A DNA stretch of 64,000 bases from Candidatus Mediterraneibacter intestinavium (GCA_019119205.1 DWXK01000028.1:929-64928); one strand, 5' to 3'. Positions 41,177 through 51,228 are shown, numbered from the stretch's first letter. Translations and numbers: made by a program. Notes: generated from the sequence alone by a model not told the origin.

Positions 41177-42346
41177 TCACAGGAAAATACCGATGAACTG
41201 GCACGCCAGCACGACAAATACCAGCGCTACCGGATAAGTCGCAGCATATGCTGACGCCACATCGTCTGTTCCGGTCACACGGATCAGTGTTCCGAGAGCC
41301 GGTGTACTTGTCATACCGCCGCAGATGGAACCAAGCGTATTGAACAGGCTCAGCTTCATCAGCTTTGTCGCCACAAAGTATCCGACGATCATCGGGATCA
41401 GTGTGATCAACGCACCGTACACGAACAGGATCAGCCCGTGTTCCTTGAGGATTTCGATGAATCCCGCTCCGGCCTCCACACCTGCTCCGATCAGGAACAG
41501 TGCAAGACCGAATTCTCTTAAGCACTCAAGCACAGATTTTTCCACATGAAAGCTGATCTTTCCGGCGTGACCGAAGTGACCGAGGATCAGACCCGCGATC
41601 AGGGGACCGCCTGACGTTCCCAAAGAGAACTGTGCTCCGCCCGGAAGCGGGATCACGATCTTCGCCAGGACGATACCGAGAGCGATCGCCAGCGCATACG
41701 GGAAAAATCCCATCGGATCTACATGGAACAGTTTATCTTTTTTCGCTACATCTCCTACATTCTGGGCAGCCTCGAACTTGGCGCGCTCCGCATCCATATC
41801 TGTATGCAGGATCTTCGGCATCAGCTGCACGAAAAGCACAACTCCCACTACACCGAACGGATAGGCAATACCGTATCCGATGGAGGCGTTGGCGGAACCT
41901 GTGGCATCAAGCGCCGCTGCAAGCCCCGGCGTACTCGTCAGGGCTCCGGACATCATACCAACTGTGATATCAGTCGGAACTCCTGCGATCGTAATAATGC
42001 CTGAAGTAACAAGCGCACCGATCGCAATTATGATAAATCCGAGCAGAATATAAGATTTTGCATTGATCTTAAAGTTACGGAAGAACTTCGGTCCGGCAAT
42101 AAAGCCGACAGACGTAACGAAGCAGATAAGTCCCAGATCCTGAAACATTCCCAGACCTTCGACCAGAGATTCATCATGTCCGAGGAAATGACCGAATACC
42201 AGGGCGACAAGCAGTACGCCTGCCGTCCCCAGCTCTACCCCTTTGATCGTAATGCTTCCCACAAGATAGCCGATGAAAGCTACAAGGAATAAGACCATCA
42301 GGGTTTCCCCCATTACACTTTCCTGGAACCAGTTAACTAAAAACAT
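41177..42346 (-). CDS. AspT/YidE/YbjL (AAE) family antiporter, candidate succinate exporter
   Basis: Duplicated domain with GALTSTPGL and GGMTSTPAL, YGIAYPFG and YAATYP; no TrkA-C insert. Confidence 0.85.
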   Translation of the reverse strand: MFLVNWFQESVMGETLMVLFLVAFIGYLVGSITIKGVELGTAGVLLVALVFGHFLGHDESLVEGLGMFQDLGLICFVTSVGFIAGPKFFRNFKINAKSYILLGFIIIAIGALVTSGIITIAGVPTDITVGMMSGALTSTPGLAAALDATGSANASIGYGIAYPFGVVGVVLFVQLMPKILHTDMDAERAKFEAAQNVGDVAKKDKLFHVDPMGFFPYALAIALGIVLAKIVIPLPGGAQFSLGTSGGPLIAGLILGHFGHAGKISFHVEKSVLECLREFGLALFLIGAGVEAGAGFIEILKEHGLILFVYGALITLIPMIVGYFVATKLMKLSLFNTLGSICGGMTSTPALGTLIRVTGTDDVASAYAATYPVALVFVVLACQFIGIFL

Positions 42347-42360
42347 TTTCTCTCCCTTTC

Positions 42361-43962
42361 CTATCTCTCATGTCTTGCATACTTCGGAAGAAGGAGCGGG
42401 GATACGTCACCGGTGTCAATTCCTGCCTCTTTTAACTCCTCAGCGTATGCCTGAATGTGATCCAGATTCATATTACCCAGCTCTACATTCTTCGCCTTCG
42501 CAGCGGCAGCCTTACCTGCATTGCGTCCGAATACGATGATATCCAGAAGCGAGTTGCCCATCAGACGGTTTCTTCCGTGGATACCGCCGACAGCCTCTCC
42601 TGCTACGAGCAGGTTGTCGATCACTTTTGTGAATCCGTCTCCACCGATCTCCAGACCGCCGTTCTGATAGTGCAGTGTCGGGTATACGAGGATTGGAAGT
42701 TTTCTCATATCGATATCGTATTTCATATACATACGGAGCATCGCCGGGATCCTCTTCTCGATCGTTCCCGGTCCGCCGATCTCCTCGATCATCGGAGTGT
42801 CGAGCCATACGCCGCTTCCAAGGGGTGTGTTCACACCCTTGCCGCGTGCCGTACACTCACGGATAATGCCTGATGCAGCCACGTCACGTGTCTCCAGCGG
42901 ATGCATGAACGCCTCGCCGTCCACGTTGACCAGCTGTGCGCCTACGGAACGTACTTTCTCTGTTACGAGTGCGCCGAAGATCTGAGACGGGAATGCAACT
43001 CCTGTCGGATGATACTGGATCGTATCCTGATACAGGAGCGGAGCTCCCATACGGTATCCGAGGATCAGTCCGTCTGCTGTCGCACCGTAGTGGTTGGATG
43101 TCGGGAATCCCTGATAGTGCATACGTCCCGCACCGCCTGTTGCGATGATGACTGTCTTTGCTTTTGCTACCAGATAATCCTCTGTCTCCAGGTTCTGGAG
43201 CACAGCTCCTGCAACCTGTCCTCTGTCATCCCTGATCAGCTCTACTGCTACAGTAAACTCTGCGACCGGGATCTGACGGTTCAGAACTTCGTCGCGGAGA
43301 GTACGCATGATCTCTGCTCCGGAGTAATCCTTGCATGCATGCATTCTCTTTCTGGATGTTCCACCGCCGTGTGTGGTGATCATCCTTCCGTTCTCATCCT
43401 TGTCGAACATCACGCCCAGGTCGTTCAGCCATTTGATCGCATCCGGCGCTTCCATGACGAGACGTCTTAACAGCTCCGGTCTTGCTGCGAAGTGACCGCC
43501 GCCGAATGCATCCAGATAGTGCTGTACCGGAGAATCGTTCTCTTTGTCAGCAGCCTGGATACCGCCCTCTGCCATCATGGTGTTGGCGTCACCGATACGC
43601 AGCTTTGTCACGATCATGACGTTTGCGCCCGCCTCATGAGCCTCGATGGCTGCAGAAGCTCCTGCGCCGCCGCCTCCGATAACAAGTACGTCTACATCAT
43701 AATCTACTTTGTTGATGTCAACCTTCTCTGCGAGCAGACGGCTGTTTGAGTGAAGAAGGTGTACCAGCTCCTTCGGCGCTTTCTGCCCTTTGTTCGGTCC
43801 TACTTTGATCTCTGCAAATGCCTCTTCCCTGTAATCAGGATGGAACTCCTTAAGAAGGGCATCTTTCTCGTCCGCCGTCATACGTCTCGGCTCTACGCCC
43901 AGACGCGCAGCTCTGGTGGCCTCCACTTTCTTTACGGATTCCATCATTTCCGGTGTAAACAT
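42361..43962 (-). CDS. Soluble fumarate reductase-like flavoprotein subunit
   Basis: GGGGAG, AEGG, QYHPT, TEKVR, TRD, HYQNGG and HGRNRLMGNSL dicarboxylate-site motifs. Confidence 0.85.
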   Translation of the reverse strand: MFTPEMMESVKKVEATRAARLGVEPRRMTADEKDALLKEFHPDYREEAFAEIKVGPNKGQKAPKELVHLLHSNSRLLAEKVDINKVDYDVDVLVIGGGGAGASAAIEAHEAGANVMIVTKLRIGDANTMMAEGGIQAADKENDSPVQHYLDAFGGGHFAARPELLRRLVMEAPDAIKWLNDLGVMFDKDENGRMITTHGGGTSRKRMHACKDYSGAEIMRTLRDEVLNRQIPVAEFTVAVELIRDDRGQVAGAVLQNLETEDYLVAKAKTVIIATGGAGRMHYQGFPTSNHYGATADGLILGYRMGAPLLYQDTIQYHPTGVAFPSQIFGALVTEKVRSVGAQLVNVDGEAFMHPLETRDVAASGIIRECTARGKGVNTPLGSGVWLDTPMIEEIGGPGTIEKRIPAMLRMYMKYDIDMRKLPILVYPTLHYQNGGLEIGGDGFTKVIDNLLVAGEAVGGIHGRNRLMGNSLLDIIVFGRNAGKAAAAKAKNVELGNMNLDHIQAYAEELKEAGIDTGDVSPLLLPKYARHER

Positions 43963-43974
43963 GGTCTTCCCTCC

Positions 43975-44649
43975 TTATTTCTCAATCTCTCTGTTATTGT
44001 AAAGTTCCTGCATCTCTGTGATCGGTTTCTGCATGATCTGCTCGATGAGCTGATCGTAATCGCCGTGATGGATCTCTTCCACACGGTTTGTCAGATGCTC
44101 TGACTCCGGAGCGATGTATTTTCCTGTAAGTCTTCTTGCAAGGACTCCTACCATCGGGTGGGAGATCCCTGCCGGACATCTCACGGAACAGCATCCGCAT
44201 CCGATACAGTCAAAGGACTCTTCCGCACATTTCTCGAAGTCGCCGCGCTGTGCGTAAGCGATGTACTGCATTACGTTCAGGTCCTGAGTACATGCCTTTG
44301 TACATGCGTTACATCCGATGCAACTGTAGATCTCCGGATACAGATCCATCATCACTCTCTGCTCCGGACGGATCTCTTCGATATCGTATGTTCTCTTGTC
44401 TGTCGGGAAGAACGGGACTGTCGCCACGTACATGCCCTCTTCCACCTGTGTCTGACAGGCAAGGCATGTCTTCAGTTCATTTTTCCCTTTGATCCTGTAG
44501 ATCGTCGCACAGGCTCCGCAGAAACCATGGCGGCATCCGCATCCTCTTTTCAGTGTATAGCCCGCATATTCCATGGCTGTCATGATCGTCAGGTCAGCCG
44601 GCACACTGTATTTCTTACCGAAAAAATATACATTTACCATATTTTCCAT
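43975..44649 (-). CDS. Fumarate reductase-like iron-sulfur subunit (2Fe-2S plus 2x4Fe-4S)
   Basis: GCRHGFCGAC...C, CIGCNACTKAC, CIGCGCCSVRCP. Confidence 0.82.
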   Translation of the reverse strand: MENMVNVYFFGKKYSVPADLTIMTAMEYAGYTLKRGCGCRHGFCGACATIYRIKGKNELKTCLACQTQVEEGMYVATVPFFPTDKRTYDIEEIRPEQRVMMDLYPEIYSCIGCNACTKACTQDLNVMQYIAYAQRGDFEKCAEESFDCIGCGCCSVRCPAGISHPMVGVLARRLTGKYIAPESEHLTNRVEEIHHGDYDQLIEQIMQKPITEMQELYNNREIEK

Positions 44650-44666
44650 GATATTTCTTCCTTTCC

Positions 44667-45521
44667 CTAGTATTCATTCGGCATCTCATCGATCTCATCG
44701 CAACGAAATACCGGGCCGTCTTTGCACACATATTTTGAACCGATGTTGCATCTTCCGCATTTTCCGACTCCGCATTTCATACGAAGCTCAAGCGTCGTAT
44801 ACACCTGCTCTCTGGAAAAGCCGAGTTCTTCCAGACCGGCCAGCGTAAACTTGATCATGATCGGAGGTCCGCAGATCAGGGCTGTCTTGTTTACGTCGAA
44901 TCCGAGCTCCTTCACATAGTTCGGCACGAATCCGACATGTCCGTCCCAGCCTTCCTGCTCACGGTCGATCGTCAGATGTACATGGACATCCGGGGCATTC
45001 ATCCAGACTTCCTGGATTTCCTTTAACTGTACCAGGTCATCCGCAGAGCGGGATCCGTAAACGATATCCACTGTTCCGTAATCATCTCGGTTGTCCAGCA
45101 CATAGTTGATCACAGAACGCAGCGGTGCAAGCCCGATTCCACCGGCGATGAAAAGAAGATCTTTTCCTTTGAGCTTGTCTTCCACCGGGAAATGATTTCC
45201 GTAAGGTCCGCGGACTGTGATCTCGTCGCCCACTTCCAGGCTGTGGAGATAATCTGTCAGGACACCGCACTTCTTGATGCTGAATTCCTGATATTCTTTG
45301 TTGGTCGGCGAGGAAGTGATGGAAAACATACCCTCGCTGATCCCCGGAGCACAGAGCATCGCACACTGTCCCGGCATATGCTCGAACAGTTTGCCGCCCT
45401 CCGGAGCATTGACGCGGAATGTCTTTACATCCGGCGTCTCCTCTCTGATGTCCGTGATCACGCCAACCTGCGGGATCAGAGTGTCCAGAGTGTAATTTTT
45501 ATGGCAGGTACATTCGCTCAT
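44667..45521 (-). CDS. flxA: FlxA/AsrB-like FAD/NAD(P)H-binding subunit
   Basis: GPYGN, AGGIGLAP, CGPPIM, MKCGVGKCGRC...C.DGP. Confidence 0.82.
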   Translation of the reverse strand: MSECTCHKNYTLDTLIPQVGVITDIREETPDVKTFRVNAPEGGKLFEHMPGQCAMLCAPGISEGMFSITSSPTNKEYQEFSIKKCGVLTDYLHSLEVGDEITVRGPYGNHFPVEDKLKGKDLLFIAGGIGLAPLRSVINYVLDNRDDYGTVDIVYGSRSADDLVQLKEIQEVWMNAPDVHVHLTIDREQEGWDGHVGFVPNYVKELGFDVNKTALICGPPIMIKFTLAGLEELGFSREQVYTTLELRMKCGVGKCGRCNIGSKYVCKDGPVFRCDEIDEMPNEY

Positions 45522-46564
45522 TACTGCTCACCTCCCTGTTTCTGAAATGCTTTTATCACTTTTACGATATTCAGTGAAGCCGGGCATTTCTCCACGCATC
45601 TGCCGCAGCCGACGCAGGAGTACATGCCATCGTTATTTGCCGGATAGTATACCAGCTTATGCATGAATCTCTGACGGAACCTCTCCTTCTGAGACTTACG
45701 GTTATTGCCGTGAGCCATCATCGTGAAGTCGGAGTACATGCAGGAATCCCAGCAGCGGTATCTCTGTACGCCGTTCTTTCCTGCGTCATAGTCTTTGATA
45801 TCATAGCACTGGCATGTGGGACATACAAATGTACATGTTCCGCATGCAAGGCACGGTTTGTAGAGTTCATCCCACAGCGGATCTTCGAACTTCTCCATCA
45901 GGACGTCCCCGTTCCAGCCATCCAGTGAAAGGTTTGTGTACGGAAGCTGCTCCACGATGCCGCGGATCGCTTCTTTCTCTTTCTCCACAACCTCTTCTGC
46001 AGCGCCGTCCTCTGTGAGGAGATCCTTCACTGCCTCTGTGAGCGCCTCCCCCTTCTCGGTGAGAGCTTTCCAGTACAGTTCGTCTCCGACCATCCATGCC
46101 GCCACATCGGCTGCAGAGGGATCTGCCGCGTCCACACCGAACACCTTGCAGAAGCAGGTCTCTTCCGGCTCATGGCAGGCAAGGGCAACGATGGTGCCGT
46201 GGTCTCTTCTCGCCGCGTAGAATGTATCCAGCGGATCTACGAGGAACACTCTGTCCAGCACTTCCACGCCCTTCACGTCGCAGGCTTTCATGCCGAACAC
46301 GACAAAGTTCTGCTCTTTTAACGCCTCCGGCTCGATCTTGATCTTCTTCCCGTCCCTGATGCAGGTATAGAGAGTCTCGCTCTGCGGGAAAAAGACGTCT
46401 TTCGGAGATTTCACGCTCTTGAGTGTGTCCAGGTCCACCTCTGCGTCCTCTGTCCACACGCCGAAGTTCACCTGTCCGGCAGTCTTCACCGGCAGGTACA
46501 GTTCCTGTTCTGCGGCAATCTTCTGAAATAATGCCGTCAGATTTTCTTTCGCGATCTTATACAT
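45521..46564 (-). CDS. flxB: FlxB/AsrA-like 4Fe-4S subunit
   Basis: CLACGTCTFVCPTCQC, R.WDSC, RQRFMHK, CVGCGRC...CP. Confidence 0.8.
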   Translation of the reverse strand: MYKIAKENLTALFQKIAAEQELYLPVKTAGQVNFGVWTEDAEVDLDTLKSVKSPKDVFFPQSETLYTCIRDGKKIKIEPEALKEQNFVVFGMKACDVKGVEVLDRVFLVDPLDTFYAARRDHGTIVALACHEPEETCFCKVFGVDAADPSAADVAAWMVGDELYWKALTEKGEALTEAVKDLLTEDGAAEEVVEKEKEAIRGIVEQLPYTNLSLDGWNGDVLMEKFEDPLWDELYKPCLACGTCTFVCPTCQCYDIKDYDAGKNGVQRYRCWDSCMYSDFTMMAHGNNRKSQKERFRQRFMHKLVYYPANNDGMYSCVGCGRCVEKCPASLNIVKVIKAFQKQGGEQ

Positions 46565-46567
46565 ACA

Positions 46568-47542
46568 TTATCCCCTTTCTGCCACGATCCCAGGCTCAAC
46601 ATCCTCAAACTCATAGTTGGTAAGAGGGGTTCTCGGTTCCAGATCCGCGCCTGCCTGATACTCGCCGTACAGTTCATTGATATCCTTGATGAACTTCCGG
46701 TTGAACAGATGGAGCGGGATTCCCTGCGGACATACTCTGCTGCACTCACCGCAGTCCGTACATCTTCCAGCCACATGGAATGCACGGATGATATGGAACA
46801 TCTTCTCCTCGAAGGAGTCCACGTTCGCTTTCTGTGCGCTGTCGAACTTGTTGCTGTCGAACACACACTTGCGGCAGGAGCATGCGGGACATACGTTTCT
46901 GCAGGCATTGCAGCGGATACATTTGCTCAGTTCCTTCTGGAAGAATGCGAATTTCTCCTCCGGGCTCATCGCCTCGATCTTCTCCACCTCAGCGAAACGG
47001 TCTGCGTCCTTTGTCTCTTTGGACTCGCCGATGACCTCGTCAAAGATCATGTGGTCCTTGCCCTTGCACACATGGCATCTCTCCAGCATTGCGTCTGCAT
47101 AGGAACAGGTCTTTTCTCCGTAGATCGTGTCGATCGTCAGCGTCTCCGCCTCGTCATCGATCTCTGCACCGGAGATGCTCTTGATCCCCTTGATGCCCAT
47201 TGCTTTGATCTTCTCGATATCAAGCTTTCCTTTGCATCCCACACCGATGATATACGCTTTCTCGCGGTCTACGCGGTGCTCTTTCATCAGTTCCTGGAAG
47301 CTGTATGTATCACAGGGCTTTAAGCAGACCAGAGTCTTTCCTTCCAGTTTGGAAGCCTCAATCATATATTTACTTAAATTCGCTCCGCAGAATCCGTTGT
47401 ACACGAAATCCGCAAAGTCTTCTTCTTTCTCAAAGTAAGCCGGCTCCGGATTGTAAGGCAGGTCCCCGGCTTTCCATCCGAGCACTCTCGCCACAGTTCC
47501 GTCGGCCAGGAGCTCTTTTGCGCGGTTAATCAATTCCTGCAT
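46568..47542 (-). CDS. flxC: FlxC-like 4Fe-4S subunit
   Basis: KPCD, CIRCNACRNVCPACSC..C, HVAGRCTDCGECSRVCP. Confidence 0.78.
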   Translation of the reverse strand: MQELINRAKELLADGTVARVLGWKAGDLPYNPEPAYFEKEEDFADFVYNGFCGANLSKYMIEASKLEGKTLVCLKPCDTYSFQELMKEHRVDREKAYIIGVGCKGKLDIEKIKAMGIKGIKSISGAEIDDEAETLTIDTIYGEKTCSYADAMLERCHVCKGKDHMIFDEVIGESKETKDADRFAEVEKIEAMSPEEKFAFFQKELSKCIRCNACRNVCPACSCRKCVFDSNKFDSAQKANVDSFEEKMFHIIRAFHVAGRCTDCGECSRVCPQGIPLHLFNRKFIKDINELYGEYQAGADLEPRTPLTNYEFEDVEPGIVAERG

Positions 47543-47973
47543 CTCAAATCCTCCAATCTTACGTTCTTTCCAAGGGCTGTGATCTTGTCCACAAACTCAT
47601 GCATGGTCTGGGAGAATTTCGCGCCCTCAGCCGCCGATACCCACTCAACGCGGGTACGTCCGTTCTCCACTCCGATGTAGTCCAGCATGGAGAACAACAG
47701 CGTCATACGTCTTCTCGCGTAGAAGTTACCGGAAGTATAGTGGCAGTCGCCAGGATGGCAGCCGCACATGATAACACCGTCCGCTCCTCTTTCAAACGCT
47801 CTTAAGATAAACATCGGATTTACACGGCAGGAGCAGGGAACGCGGATGATCTTGACGTCCGCCGAGTAGGACATACGGCTGCTTCCCGCCAGGTCAGCGC
47901 CCGCATAACTGCACCAGTTACAGCAGAACGCGACGATCTTTGGTCTGAATTCTTCGTTCTTTTCTATCGACAT
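47530..47973 (-). CDS. flxD: MvhD/FlxD 2Fe-2S subunit
   Basis: FCCNWCSYAGAD, RVPCSCRV, GCHPGDCHY, WVSAAEG. Confidence 0.88.
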   Translation of the reverse strand: MSIEKNEEFRPKIVAFCCNWCSYAGADLAGSSRMSYSADVKIIRVPCSCRVNPMFILRAFERGADGVIMCGCHPGDCHYTSGNFYARRRMTLLFSMLDYIGVENGRTRVEWVSAAEGAKFSQTMHEFVDKITALGKNVRLEDLRCRN

Positions 47974-49952
47974 ATCGCATCTACCTCCGCTAAGATCTGT
48001 CTGTTAGAGAATCCCTGCAGGTCCATTGCTCCGGACGGACATGTTACGGTACATGCTCCACATCCCTGGCAAAGCGCGTCGTTTACGACAGCGATACGCC
48101 TTGTCTCACGGATTCCGTGATCGTTCACCTCTTTATCCTCATAGGTGATCGCTCCGTACGGGCAGACATTCGCACACTGGGAACATCCGTTACACATCAG
48201 TTCGTCAGAGTGTGCCGTACACGGATTGGTCAGCAGTTTATCTTTGGCCAGAAGTCCGATCGCCTTGACAGCCGCTGCTCCTGCCTGTGAAACAGTCTCC
48301 GGGATATCTTTCGGTCCCTGGCATACGCCGGAGAGGAAGATACCTGCCGTAGGCGACTCAACCGGACGAAGCTTCGCATGAGCCTCTGTGAGGAAGTTGT
48401 TCGTATCGATACTTGCTGTCAGCATGGTAGCGATCTTTCTCACATCCGGGTTCGGTTCGATGGCTGCCGCGAGGACGACCATGTCAGCCTCTTTCAAGAT
48501 CTGTTTGTTATCGATCAGATCCGCTCCCTGTACGAGCAGTTTTCCGTCCGGCTGCGGAATGACTTTTCCAACCTGACCCTTGATGTAGTTTACACCGTAG
48601 TCTTCCACTGCTCTGCGGTAGAACTCATCGAAGTTCTTTCCAGGTGTACGGACATCGATGTAGAATACCGTTACATTTGTATCCGGATACTTGTCGCGGA
48701 TGAGCATCGCGTGTTTTGCCGTATACATACAGCAGACTTTCGAGCAGTAGCTCTTTCCTCTGTCGTCTGAGCAGCGGCTTCCCACACACTGGATGAACAC
48801 GATCTCCTTCGGAGCCTTTCCGTCAGAGAGACGCTCAAGATGTCCTCCTGTCGGTCCTGCCGCGTTCATGATACGCTCCAGTTCAAGGGATGTGATAACG
48901 TCCTTGCTCTGGCTGTACGCGTACTCGTCATATTTGTCCAGTTTGATCATATCAAATCCGGTCGCCACAACGATCGCACCGTACTTCTCTGTCACGATCT
49001 GGTCTATCTGATCATAATCGATGGCGCCCGCCTGGCACACCTTGGAACAAATCCCGCATTTTCCTGTCTTGAACTTGATGCAGGCGTCACGGTCGATGAC
49101 CGGAACGTTGGGGACTGCCTGTGCGAACGGCGTGTAGATCGCGCTTCTGGTGCTAAGTCCGCGGTTGAACTCGCTTGGAGTCTTCTTGCTCGGGCATTTC
49201 TCCTGGCATAAGCCGCAGCCCGTACATTTATCCATATCCACGCTTCTTGCTTTCTTGCGGATCTCAACGGTGAAGTCACCCACAAAACCGGATACACTCT
49301 CCACCTCGCTGTATGTATAGATATTGATGAGAGGATGTGCGTTCACTTCTCCCATCTTCGGCGTCAGGATACAGGAAGAACAGTCCAGTGTCGGGAATGT
49401 CTTGTCGAGCTGTGACATCCTTCCTCCGATACTCGGCGTCTTCTCCACGATATCTACCGGGTATCCTGCCTCCGCGATATCCAGCGCTGTCTGGATACCC
49501 GCGATACCGCCGCCGATCACAAGGGCTCTCTTTGTGACCCTGCTCTCGCCCGGTTTCAGCGGTGCGTTTAAGTTCACTTTCGCAACTGCCGCACGCATCA
49601 GGATGACGGCCTTCTCTGTAGCCTCTTCCATATCTTTATGGATCCAGGAGCAGTGCTCACGGATATTCGCGATTTCAACCATATACGGGTTTAAGCCGGC
49701 TCTTTCCGCTGCATTCCTGAATGTCGTCTCATGCATACGCGGAGAACATGAACAGACCACCAGCCCGGTCAGGTGTTTTTCTTTGATCGCTTTGTGGATC
49801 AGTTCCTGTCCTGCTTCGGAACACATGTACGCGTAATCTTCAGCATGGACAACACCCGGCTCGTGGAGTGCCATCTCCGCAACTTTCTTTACGTCCACCG
49901 TAGCTGCGATATTAGATCCGCAGTGGCAGACAAATACTCCAATCCTCTGCAC
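47964..49952 (-). CDS. hdrA: Heterodisulfide reductase subunit A-like flavoprotein
   Basis: VFVCHCG.NIA, CSCSP, ANIREHCSW, GGGIAG, LDKTFPTLDC..C, QCVGSR...CS.VCC, inserted and C-terminal ferredoxin motifs. Confidence 0.94.
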   Translation of the reverse strand: MQRIGVFVCHCGSNIAATVDVKKVAEMALHEPGVVHAEDYAYMCSEAGQELIHKAIKEKHLTGLVVCSCSPRMHETTFRNAAERAGLNPYMVEIANIREHCSWIHKDMEEATEKAVILMRAAVAKVNLNAPLKPGESRVTKRALVIGGGIAGIQTALDIAEAGYPVDIVEKTPSIGGRMSQLDKTFPTLDCSSCILTPKMGEVNAHPLINIYTYSEVESVSGFVGDFTVEIRKKARSVDMDKCTGCGLCQEKCPSKKTPSEFNRGLSTRSAIYTPFAQAVPNVPVIDRDACIKFKTGKCGICSKVCQAGAIDYDQIDQIVTEKYGAIVVATGFDMIKLDKYDEYAYSQSKDVITSLELERIMNAAGPTGGHLERLSDGKAPKEIVFIQCVGSRCSDDRGKSYCSKVCCMYTAKHAMLIRDKYPDTNVTVFYIDVRTPGKNFDEFYRRAVEDYGVNYIKGQVGKVIPQPDGKLLVQGADLIDNKQILKEADMVVLAAAIEPNPDVRKIATMLTASIDTNNFLTEAHAKLRPVESPTAGIFLSGVCQGPKDIPETVSQAGAAAVKAIGLLAKDKLLTNPCTAHSDELMCNGCSQCANVCPYGAITYEDKEVNDHGIRETRRIAVVNDALCQGCGACTVTCPSGAMDLQGFSNRQILAEVDAICR

Positions 49953-49958
49953 CTTTTA

Positions 49959-50348
49959 TCACCTCCTGTATCTTCTGAACGCGCTTACAAGCAGCTGCTG
50001 CGGTGTGTCGGGATCGATCAGTTCCGGGATCTCATCCGGATCCAGATATGTATTCCCTCTCTCACGCACAACGATCTGTCTCGCCGCGTCGATCAGTTTG
50101 CCCGGTTTTACATCACGCGGACATCTCTCTACACACGCGAAGCAGGAGAGACATTTCCAGAGGGATCTTGAGTTCACCAGTGACTCGATGTCTTCATTGA
50201 TGACATAGGAGACAAACTGGTGCGGTTTGATGTCCATTTCATTGTATGAAGGACAGGAAGCGGAGCATTTCCCGCATTTCATACATTTCAGAGGGTTAAC
50301 GCCGCTGATCTCCTTGATCAGTTCTGCGCGCTTCTTCTCAGTCTTCAC
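49959..50348 (-). CDS. hdrC: Heterodisulfide reductase subunit C-like protein
   Basis: CMKCGKCSASCP, WKCLSCFACVERCP. Confidence 0.88.
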   Translation of the reverse strand: MKTEKKRAELIKEISGVNPLKCMKCGKCSASCPSYNEMDIKPHQFVSYVINEDIESLVNSRSLWKCLSCFACVERCPRDVKPGKLIDAARQIVVRERGNTYLDPDEIPELIDPDTPQQLLVSAFRRYRR

Positions 50349-51142
50349 TGCTCCTTCACCTCCTCTTTCAGTCCCAGCGCCTCTGCAAGAAGTTCTGTAA
50401 AGTAATAAACAGGCAGATTGCCGCCATTGTTCTTATTCAGATTATACATACAGAGCGGACAGGCTGTGATCAGCATGTCTGCACCGAATCCGGATGCGCT
50501 CTCCTCGATCTTGCGGCACATCTCTTTGGACATGTCCTCTTCCTTCAGAGAGATATATCCTCCGCAGCACTCGTTGCGGTACGGATAGATCACCGGCTCT
50601 GCACCGATGGCACGGATGAAATCTTCCATGATCTTCGGGTTCTCCGGGTTATCAAACGCCATGAGTTTTCCCGGGCGGAGCAGCAGGCAGCCATAATATG
50701 CGCCGATCTTCTTTCCTTTGAGCGGATTTGTGACTTTCTTCTTCAGCTCGTCAAAACCTACGACGTCACGGAGCACTTCCAGATAATGGAGCACGTTCGT
50801 CTCCCCCTCGTAAGGCTCTTCAAGCGCCATATAATTGTTGGCTCTCGTGCGGATGTCTTCGACATTCTTCATGTCATCGTTCACACGCTTGATCACATGA
50901 TGACAGGCAGAGCAGAGTGTGACAAGATCCTGCCCTTTTTCTTTCGCGTCGTTGAGCGCGCGGACGGAGGAAAGTTTTGTTGCGATCTCGTCGGTCCCCA
51001 GAGGATACACGCCGCCGCAGCACTGCCACTCACTGATCTCTTCCAGTTCAAACCCCAGAACTTCTGCGGAGATCCTGGCATAATGATCAAGGTCCTGTGC
51101 CTTGTTCTTCAGAGTACAGCCCGGATAATAGCTGTATTTCAT
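50345..51142 (-). CDS. hdrB: Heterodisulfide reductase subunit B-like protein
   Basis: Two CCG domains: YYPGC..CCGG..CSAC and YYGC..CCGG..CPLC. Confidence 0.92.
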   Translation of the reverse strand: MKYSYYPGCTLKNKAQDLDHYARISAEVLGFELEEISEWQCCGGVYPLGTDEIATKLSSVRALNDAKEKGQDLVTLCSACHHVIKRVNDDMKNVEDIRTRANNYMALEEPYEGETNVLHYLEVLRDVVGFDELKKKVTNPLKGKKIGAYYGCLLLRPGKLMAFDNPENPKIMEDFIRAIGAEPVIYPYRNECCGGYISLKEEDMSKEMCRKIEESASGFGADMLITACPLCMYNLNKNNGGNLPVYYFTELLAEALGLKEEVKEQ

Positions 51143-51228
51143 AGTATTACCTCCTTGTCTGTCAGGCGGAACTGGTCCGCCCTGTTACTTGATCACTCCC
51201 CGGTGCGATGCACCAGGAAAATATAAGA

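Noticed and set aside
44667-46564. Anaerobic sulfite reductase (AsrAB) or hydrogenase call
   Set aside because: No AsrC siroheme subunit or NiFe/FeFe catalytic subunit is present; the context with MvhD and HdrABC fits Flx
47964-51142. Evidence of methanogenesis or archaeal contamination
   Set aside because: Composition matches the flanking clostridial genes, and Hdr-Flx modules are known in bacteria
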